A stretch of 64,000 nt of DNA from Bugula neritina (Eukaryota > Animalia > Bryozoa), in NCBI GenBank assembly GCA_964035545.1, contig OZ037771.1:1995628-2059627 (forward strand), written 5' to 3'. The notes below the pieces were generated by a model. That model saw only the letters and a list, made by a program, of their open reading frames with translations. It made no database searches and was not told the DNA's origin. The translations under genes were made by a program, and so were the position numbers. Shown in pieces: positions 54,721-64,000 of this stretch (position 1 is its first letter; the number at the start of each line of letters is the position of its first letter).

Positions 54721-57700
54721 CCAAAATGAGTTAATATAACACTGAGACAAACAGAGCAAAGTAACAATGGCAGCCATTCGTTAACAGTCAAAACTCTCTT
54801 ACTACTTAGCACCAAAAGAAGACAGGAAAAATAAGGTTTTTTTCAGGTAAATGCAATGATGCATAGACTAACATGGAAATCCCAAGTATAGTCACTAACA
54901 TTTGTGCAAGGTAACATCTTATAATTAAATAATAATATTTATGCTAGCATGTCATGTTAAACTACACAGTTGCTAGTGCGGTGTCAAACTATGTAAACTA
55001 TGCGCTTTGAAATTAAATATTTTTCAAGTTGAAATTTTCAATAGAGTTTTTCCTTTTGCAGGAACTAATCTTAGAGAAGCAACTTTAGATTCGTGAGCTA
55101 GTTGACAGAATACCATATGTTTAGGTTTCATAATAAGTCACTTACTAATATAACAGGGTTTGCAATAGAAGACAATTTGCAAGTCATTATGTAGCCGTAA
55201 CAGCAGCAGCTGAGGCAGCAATGGCATGTTCCACATCAGGAAATTGAAGCTCATCTCCTCCAGTTTTTCCAGAGGTAGCTATCATCAACTTCCTCAGTTA
55301 AAGCCTTCCTATTGCATGATCAGGAAAATATAGTTTAAGGTTTTAGGAGAACTAAATTTCCTAGTGGTGTTGGTGGAAAGAATCTAGCAATTGTACAATT
55401 AAGCACAGCAAAAATTGAAAAATATTTTTACCAATTCTCTAGCTATTAGATTTTATTAAGATATCTGGCTATATAGTAGCGTTTTTAAAATAAATAGAAT
55501 GTTGAAAACAAAGCTGGACTTTGAAATAGCTTTCAATTTTCAAAGATACTTCCTTTGTATTAAACAAGCAAGTAACTATTTCAATTAGTATAGCATTAGA
55601 TAATTGAACATCTAAAACTATACAAACACTTTAAAAATAATTTCTTAGATGTATTTGAACATTTATCTTTTACATGAAATATTGAACTATATAGTAGTTG
55701 TCATGTATTAATTAATGTGATTATAATTGCTATGTTACCCAACATTAGTTCAACTTTTAACATCAACAGTCATTTTGTGGCTCATATTTTAACCAAGTGA
55801 CTTGAAAAGTGCCCAATCAGCTAAAGTTGTAAAAACCAATAAACAGAAAAAAACTCAAAAAAATAAAATAAATTCAAATTGTTGACTTTCAGAATCTTCA
55901 GGTAGAATTTCCCATCGCAGCCATGTTCTCTCTATTATCTAAAAATAGCACTTAGGCCTTCATTATTATCATCCTGTGATCTAGGTCTATTATGTATGTG
56001 AGAGAAGTAATTAACAGTTCCACATTTCTGCTAACTGCTAAGCTGCATATATTGCTATTTTTATGCTTTTATGCAAAAATTCCCACTATTGAGTGTGAAA
56101 TGAAAAAGACCAAGAAAAGGAAAACTTTAAATACCATATTGATCAAATCAAATTTTAAGATAGCTTCGTATTTAAAAAATTGAGGAAGTTTTCACTTTTT
56201 AGCAAGGCTATTACAGAGAGTTTGAATCTGCGTTAATTTCTTTATAAACCTAGCAGGCTAATTTATTTAGAAAAAACAATAAGTGTATTAAAAACTAGGA
56301 TATGTCATTGCTTATGCTATAAATCTATACGATTTATACATTTATACAAAAGAAATCTGTACTGAAAACCAATGCTATATTTATTTAATCAGCACTAATT
56401 AAAATTAAATATGTAGCTATAGAATATCTATACTAAAACTTGAGACCTGAAAATAAATTAAAATAGATACATCATAAAATCTAGTGTGGGGCTAATCAGG
56501 CCATTGTAAAAACCAACAATCCTATCGCAAGTTAAACAAATGCTGGTGTATTTCCAGGAATTGGAGATAAGTGGTGTTAAAGATCAACAAACTGAAACTT
56601 CGCTAAGAGCTTCCAAGTAAAAGAAAAAAAACTACCATCAATAAAGTGGGTATAGAGTTGGAAATTGGTTAGACTGTTTTATTTCCATTTCGGTATCAGG
56701 TTTATACACTGTTATATATGTTTACTAGCTTTTATGCTCTATGAGAATATAATATGTTTAAAACATAAAAACCTACATATTATGATACTGTAACATTATG
56801 CTAAAAATAATTCTATTTTTTCAACTGTTCATAGTGAAAAATTTATAAAATTATTTGTTTAATTCTTGCAGTTTGTTTGTCTTTCATCACATATCTGTTG
56901 ATTTTTTAAATAAATTTGTTTTACAATTTGTCTAAACCATTTAAAATCATCAATTCATTTTTATTACCAAAATACCTCATTTGATCGCAAGTTTTCATTG
57001 TTCAATACTGCAAAACCTTTTCCTCTGCTTATTTCATATAATGCACTATTGAAGCCAAAAATTGAATTTAATGTCTAATCCATTTTGCTGCCTGCAACAA
57101 TAGTAATTTCTATTGTGCTAGAAACTATATTAACATTTGCCAAATAATTGAATAAATAATATAATCCAAATACTGTATGAATATTTATTCAAATGAGAAC
57201 TAATTGTGAGGAGAATAATTTTTGCTAATGTTATTAAGTTTTGATTAAGTTGTGGTTGCATTTGCATGAACATAATGCGAAGCAATGGGAGCGCGGTGAT
57301 ATACTCCCCACTTCTCATTAGCCATGTATAAGAATTCTACTAATAAAATAATCTTATTAATTTTACCGCAGGGTCAATAAACAAATATTTAAAACTTTTC
57401 TATGCCTCTCCGGTTGTCAACAATTGTATTACTATTTCCAACCATGTATAGCAACATAATTCAATAAGTAATTACAGTGTTTCATATCAATAAATATTTC
57501 ACAAGATATTAATTTTTTAGCTTTATGAGAAGACAAGCTTTTAAAAAGTACTGCTATGTTAATTATACTATTAGACATTATTTTCAACACATTCTGTTAT
57601 TTAACTTTACAGAACACTGATGACTGTATCACTGGTTTATAGCCTGCAACATGAAACATTATTTCCTACACTCACCACTTTCCATTAGCTCTTCATTGAC

Positions 57701-57737
57701 CAGTCCAGTTACTCCAGTTTAGTATTGGAGAAAATAA

Positions 57738-60135
57738 ATGGCGGTATGACTCAATTCTATAGCACTTGCTACACTCTGTCATATACAGAGTACTTGCTGT
57801 GCTATGCCATTCTATATTAACATTTTAGAAATGCTTTACTGTCTCCTTATCTAAACAAACATGTACATTAGAAAATGTTCATTGTTTAATCACCAACACA
57901 CAAACTTAGATAATACCTGCTAACAGCAAATCAAAGCTCTGCATTTCAAATCAGTTTCACTTTATATTTGTGAATGAAATTATTGGCTGCTCTTCACAAA
58001 TTGTAGAAAATTATAATTCCAGAAGGTGTTATGGACAAACAATTAACGAATTATAAGCATAGTTTTGCTATGCGCAGTCATCAATACATGACATAATGGC
58101 AATTAAGTCTGCCTATTGGATATTTCAATTTGTAATTTGCAAAAATGGTATTGATAGCTTCTTCTGGGTTCTATTGGAAGATTTTAAAACCTGGTTCCTC
58201 TTTGTCAAGTATATATAAAGCTAAAACATGAAATTTATCACAACAAAACCTTCTAACCACATCCTACGTAGTCTTATTAATTTGACATAATTAGTTGAAT
58301 ACTGCAACATTATGGACAATATTAAAGCTATTTTAGCTCTTCTTTTAGTAACAGGTTGGTACTCTTATTTTACTTTATTTTAAATATATGGCATAAACTA
58401 ATATGTTGTCAAATATCATCTTTTGAAAATTAAATATTACATAATGTATTTCAATGTACGTACTACATTGATCCAAATGTAACGCTAATATTATATTCAA
58501 ATATATAACTTACTGCATTACTTTTTCTGTGCTCTGTAATTAATTTTAGCTGCTTCTGTTTTGCCATTTTTAGTGACAGCAGGAAATCCATTGCCTTCAA
58601 TTGAAGACACAGACCTCAATGGGCCGTGGGCGTCTATCTCATGGTTCTATCTGGATGAATTTTTAGTAAGTCAAAAATATGAATCTTTCAAATAAAATAT
58701 ACAGCAACATTATATAATACTTATATATTGCAACCAAGATAAGATGCCTTAGTCTAAAATAAATTAAAATACATAATGATATAAAACAGTCTTAATTAGT
58801 TGCAAAAATCTGTTTTCTAGGTATTGGTTCCGCTGTTGATATAGCGTACGGCAAGAATAATAAGCTGACATTTTATAAACTGATTTTAAAACTGTTTTCT
58901 TAATTTACAGACAAGTCTTGGTGATTTTGCCCAAGTAGAGACTTCTGCAGAGTGTATTGCCACATGTGAAGGAAACATAGACCTTGAACAGGTAAAACTA
59001 AAATAAAATATTTTATCTGAACAAGTAGATTATCCCCTTGATATTTTGCTTAAGGCAAATCAAATTATATTTCAGTTAAACATTCCTATATGCTAAAAGT
59101 CATCAGTATAAACTTCAACACAAATTCACACGAACTCACTCACAAGTTTATAGTCACTATCCCTGTGAGAAACCCCTGATAGAAAGGGTTTTTCTTAAAG
59201 CGGGCTAAGGACTTATTTAAATGAGGCACAGGAGCAATTATGACTGGATGCTTTTCCTAACATCACCAATGGCCTTTGTCAGGGCTCGAACCCATGACCT
59301 CGTGTTTACTAGGCAAACGCTCTAACCCCTATACCACGGCTGCATTCACACAAGTCACGTTTAAATATTATTCTAGTATGAGATTTAACCACAGGATGTA
59401 CAGTGATTTATATCATGATGAAAAGAAATATTTTCTGTTGCAGATGCACCAAGACATGTTTGACGCATACAACAAGTTCCTGAATTACCCAACGCTAAAT
59501 AACCAAAATTATGTTGACGCTAGAGATGCATTGCTGAAAGTTTTAGGTGGTCTTTCCAGCCATAATCATACAGATAATACTTACACTACAGGTAAATTAA
59601 TAAGAAATATCTTTTACATTACATGTAAGTTAATAAGAGATAATACTTACACTAAATGCAGTATTTTAAGGTAACAATTGTGACAACACCATTAATAATG
59701 ACAGTTATATCATAAATAATTATTACAAGCATAATAGTAGTAACAAAAAACAACCTAAATCTTATTGTCATCAGTTTTGTCAATAGAATATATTTTATAT
59801 CTTTCAATGCATTAATTTTAAAAGCATGGTAGAAAATTTTATCAACTTATGCTGTATATGTTGTATACCATTTTATTTCAATATTCTTTAAATAAAAAAG
59901 GATATAATAAGAAATTGTACTGCCAAAGGTTATGGATATTTTTGATAATAATATTTAATGAAAATACTTATACAGAAGGTACAGTGTCTTGTATATCTAG
60001 TATTTTATAACTTATTGCACCTCTCTGAGTTTATTTCTGCCATATAGACTCATTATTGATATGATTACAGGCTGGCTGTGTGGTGCAAAGACTCTGCATT
60101 CTATTCTCTACTGTCTGGGATATGGACAGGACTAA
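57738..60135 (+). CDS. Small secreted protein of unknown family (153 aa), predicted alpha-helical / cytokine-like
   Basis: Exons 57738-57743 (ATG GCG), 58078-58147, 58574-58665, 58911-58991, 59444-59591 and 60071-60135 join in frame (462 nt): MASSIHDIMAIKSAYWIFQFVICKNVTAGNPLPSIEDTDLNGPWASISWFYLDEFLTSLGDFAQVETSAECIATCEGNIDLEQMHQDMFDAYNKFLNYPTLNNQNYVDARDALLKVLGGLSSHNHTDNTYTTGWLCGAKTLHSILYCLGYGQD*. The N-terminus is signal-peptide-like with a likely cleavage at TAG|NPLP, and the mature chain has 4 Cys. The first two exons are less certain than the last four. Confidence 0.72.
59145..59343 (-). mobile_element. tRNA-derived SINE (best-preserved copy), antisense in an intron of the secreted-protein gene
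   Basis: The - strand reads GCAGCCGTGGTATAGGGGTTAGAGCGTTTGCCTAGTAAACACGAGGTCATGGGTTCGAGCCCTGAC, with an A box, a B box (GGTTCGAGCCC) and a Thr(AGT)-like loop CTAGTAA. It continues into the body GGCCATTGGTGATGTTAGGAAAAGCATCCAGTC, shared with two other copies in the window. Confidence 0.85.
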
Positions 60136-61376
60136 AACTGGGTACAGAAGTAGTATATCAAAGTAACTAATGATGGAGTTATAACGATATATTCTTCTCT
60201 ACTTGACAATGGCCTCATATATTTCTCTTCCATTTGAACTAGATAACAATGATCATTTCCTACCATCCCGGTGTCATATTTAATTAAACTGAAATTTTTA
60301 TTTAAAGTTCTAGTAAATTTTTATAATTTTACTGAATCTTAATTGCTTAGTGAGTTATAGAATAAAACTCTCATATACTACTTTTAAACTTTCCAACTCT
60401 TTCTGCTGTAGTTTTAGATTCTAAATAAAGAAGATAATCTTAACTGATATAAAATCTTATTTAATATGCAAACCATCATTTCGCATTAGGTATATTGTTA
60501 AAAGGTAACTCTCAACTCTCAAATAGCCTATATACAGCATTCACAAATTGATATCAAAACAAGAATTCAACGAAAATAGTCCTATAGCACTCTCAGTCTG
60601 ACTAAATCTTGCATCTATCCAAACAAAACAAAGTGTTTTATTTTACTAAACTTACACAAAACACATTATGCTTCTTAATATAGCAGTTTAAAGATTCTAT
60701 TTTTGTTATTTTGTTATTCTGTTATGTAAGTTTTCTTAAAAGAAAAGATAATTCTAGACAATCATATAGCTTAACGTAATTGAGATCCCAAATGTTCTTA
60801 TATATATGAACAGGTAGCCTTGTGAAAGCTGTAACTGCAATCAATGATTAAAATTATAAAAATTTTGACAGAAATAATACACACATTGAGCAAAAGGAAA
60901 TATTGCAAACTTTGGTTATACATCAAGCAAAAATAAATAGAATAAAGAGTTTCGGCTACATGTATATATCATAGCAGATATTAATATTGCAGCAGATTAT
61001 ATTAAAACTGCATTCTTTAGGATAGATCAAAAGAATATATACTAATTCATTGCTAAACCACTAAATCCTTATTTTAAAAACATTCTACCACCTTTGAATT
61101 GGTTGTAAATCTGAATACATACTTCTATGTATATCAAGTGTGTAGTTCTTTCTATACAAAACTGTTTATTATTTCTATTCAAAGTTAAAATAAAATTATG
61201 GACACTAATTTTAAAAAAATATGCAAAGTGTACCAAAAAATCTACTATCTATAAATCACAAAGTAAAAAATAAGTAAAAAAGTTAAAAGCTTATGATCAA
61301 GTGAGTAAGTAGGAATGTATAAATTAATACAGTAGATGTTTAATATAAAAGCAAGCTGAAGCCCATAAATTGTTGG

Positions 61377-64000
61377 TTAGAATGATAAATACGCATCTCT
61401 AACGTAGCCTGTAAGTGTGCTTGGCTCCATATATCTACAAAATACAGCAATAGACACATAAATTGACAGCAACAAAAACAACAAAAATATACAAAAGCAG
61501 TAATATACAACACTATATATACTCAACACTAGTAATGTAAAACAAAAGTAATGTACAGGAGTAAATAGTAAGTACAGGAGTAAATAGTAAGTACAGGAGT
61601 AAATAGTAAGTACAGGAGTAAATAGTAAGTACAGGAGTAAATAGTAAGTACAGGAGTAAATAGTAAGTACAGGAGTAAATAGTAAGTACAGGAGTAAATA
61701 GTAAGTACAGGAGTAAATAGTAAGTACAGGAGTAAATAGTAAGTACAGGAGTAAGTAGTAAGTACAGGAGTAAGTAGTAAGTACAGGAGTAAATAGTAAG
61801 TACAGGAGTAAATAGTAAGTACAGGAGTAAATAGTAAGTACAGGAGTAAGTAGTAAGTACAGGAGTAAATAGTAAGTACAGGAGTAAATAGTAAGTACAG
61901 GAGTAAATAGTAAGTACAACAAAGCTGTTTAAAATATAACTACCCATCATCATTTTCTGTTACAGTATTGTGACAGAAATTTCCGGATTTCAAAAGCTGT
62001 CGTGCATTTAATGGTGACTGTGGCAGTTCGGTTTGTGATAAGCAAGTTGGTGGTGGTGAGACGGTTTCAAGAGACAGATAGCTTTGCTCTGTCACTGCAC
62101 CATGGGCTACAGTTGGTTGATAAGGTACGGGTGGTAGAGTGCTACCCCCTTTGTTTTGTGGAGAGGCCCTCTGCAAAGCCATAGTTTGAGGATAACATTG
62201 TCCAGCATTACATTTCCCTTCAAAGTTGCTTTCTGAATGATGGGAGAGAGTTGAAACTTCTATAAATTAGCAGCAAAATATTTCATCAAACTATTATGTT
62301 ATTGCCTAATCAATTACAGGCAAAAATTAAAGTCATGTAATTATTTGCATTCTGCTTTTGTTTCTCAGATCTTATTGAGAATTTTCTTTTAGAAGTAAGG
62401 CACATACAGCCACAGAAAATACGTCATAATATTTTCAACTGCATGAACTGAATTTGATGTGAAAAACAAAAAGTTTGTATGTTGCACAGGCCATTATGAG
62501 TAGTTGATAACTTTAATATACAAATATTAAAGCAATCTAAAATATAAAAATAATAATATATTATGATAATATATTACATCATATGTATTATAATGTGATA
62601 CAATATAATATAATTATAGCATATAATAATTTACATACCTTGGAAGTTTGTTTTTCTACAACTTTCTGAAGGCAGATGATTCTGGCAACAACGCATACTA
62701 AAATGTATTCAAAGTAACATAATTTAGATATCCTTCAATTATTGCAAATAAGGTTACAAATGAAAGTTTTTTTATGTATAAGCCCAAAGTTCAAACAAAA
62801 ATATAGTCAAGGAATTTGGAAATATTGTTTACATACCACACTCCGGCCTTCTGTATAATGACACTCAATACGATTACACTGACTGACAGAATCACAACTA
62901 AGACTGCCAAAATAGTGATAGTGCTAGAAGGGGAGGTCGCTAAAATAGGTACATATAATTGTGTATTATAAATTATATGTTATGACATTTTTAGTATATA
63001 AGGTAAATTTTGAAATTAATTCATTATTTTTATCACAATTGAGTTGCAAAAGCCCTGCATCTATAGACCTCTTTGAAACACGTTTACACTAATTGAAGTT
63101 ATTTCAACAGCACACTAATCAAAAATAAATATAACATTTTTCAGCAGCTTTAAATCATTTCTGAGTAAACTAAGCTCTAAAAATTAAAGTTGTCAAGTAG
63201 GGGTTACTAGCAAGCTCCCTATTGAGCTCATATAAAAAACATATAGCAGTGCAAAACCTGACAAATGAAATAAAGGTGTGAAAATTTTGCCAATTTTCAA
63301 TCTATGACTGCTTTTTCTTTGTTCCCAATAAACAACCTCACATTAAACACATTAATTAAACTATTATCTGGAAATAACATTTTTAATTCTATTTTTCAAT
63401 TATATCCTTTAAGTTACGAAAAAATTGTACCTACAAAATTACACTAATTTTGAAGTACTTTGAATATTAAAACCCACTTTAGCATAATTGGCTAGTGAAT
63501 AGTATTTTTAATTTTTATAGAACAAAAAATGCAGTAAGTATAATTTTATATTTTACTTAATTAAAAAATTCAGTCACATATTATAAAGTTTTCAATTATA
63601 ATAGAACAGAAATTGCATAGAAGTGTACAAAACTAATATAGTAGTAAAATCAAAAATATAAAGAAAAATATTATTAACGTATAATAATTATATGAATCAT
63701 TTTATTTAATATTTTTGCAATGTTGAATGCAGCTGATAATTTTAAAGCTTGCTAAATCATTAATTGTTTAAACACTGCTACCTAATAAATGTTAAAATTT
63801 TATTTAGATGTAATAGATATACTTTTAGTTAAACAAAGTAATTTTTATGAAGGTGTACTAAAATTTTAAAACTATATTTTTTTATTTAAAGTAGACCTTT
63901 CATGTACAAAATGCAACAAGCTGTGAATTACTATATGATGATCAAAGTAATAAAACAAACTAAAAATATGTTAGATCATACCTTTGCTGATTGCTGGAGA
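61377..64000 (-). CDS. 3' part of a single-pass (type I-like) membrane receptor with Tyr-rich cytoplasmic tail; ectodomain outside window
   Basis: Exons >64000-63982, 62939-62837, 62697-62639, 62259-61944 and 61434-61377 are phase-consistent. Translation: ..SPAISKATSPSSTITILAVLVVILSVSVIVLSVIIQKAGVCMRCCQNHLPSESCRKTNFQEVSTLS...CYPQT...PYQPT...SYLSL...ENDDGYMEPSTLTGYVRDAYLSF*. It has one TM helix, a juxtamembrane Cys cluster and a ~150-aa low-complexity tail with no kinase domain. Confidence 0.8.
61553..61917. repeat. 19-bp minisatellite (~19 near-identical copies)
   Basis: Unit gtacaggagtaaatagtaa. It fills most of the last intron of the receptor-like gene. Confidence 0.97.

Noticed and set aside
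55190-55320. GC-richer coding-looking patch on the - strand
   Set aside because: It is short, has no convincing splice sites or recognisable motif, and cannot be assigned.
59270-59343. tRNA-Thr gene on the - strand
   Set aside because: The acceptor and anticodon stems pair poorly, and the sequence continues into a body shared with other dispersed copies, so it is a SINE head.
60136-61376. AU-rich (ATTTA) instability elements in the cytokine-like 3' UTR
   Set aside because: Scattered pentamers are expected by chance at this AT content, and there is no clustered ARE.
61377-61953. 181-aa and 146-aa repetitive ORFs (LLLYLLFTPVLTIYSCTYY)n
   Set aside because: They are read-through of the 19-bp intronic minisatellite. 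Only the last 58 nt are a real exon.

Overview
AT-rich, intron-dense eukaryotic genomic DNA from an invertebrate animal (probably lophotrochozoan-like); there are no prokaryotic features. Gene models were built by hand from GT-AG boundaries and phase-consistent open exons. From left to right: (1) the 3' part of a + strand gene with a 'short-chain collagen C4'/NC1-like Cys-rich domain, followed by (2) a complete 8-exon tandem paralog encoding a type II membrane protein (2670-7125). (3) A complete 31-coding-exon ABCC5/MRP5-like exporter on the - strand (26853->8312, ~1415 aa). (4) A ~29-37 kb interval with decayed, partly exon-like - strand sequence that resembles an Academ-type transposase. (5) A fold-back (AT)n block bounded by inverted repeats. 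(6) A 7-exon + strand C2H2 zinc-finger repressor with a PLDLS CtBP motif (39587-49413). (7) A 6-exon + strand gene for a 153-aa secreted, apparently four-helix, cytokine-like protein (57738-60135), lying tail-to-tail with (8) the 3' end of a - strand single-pass receptor-like gene with a tyrosine-rich tail (64000->61377). Interspersed are tRNA-derived SINEs, a MITE and many minisatellites, several of which are amplified copies of splice-donor sites. The best candidate for an undescribed system is the helical-cytokine-like gene next to the receptor-like gene.
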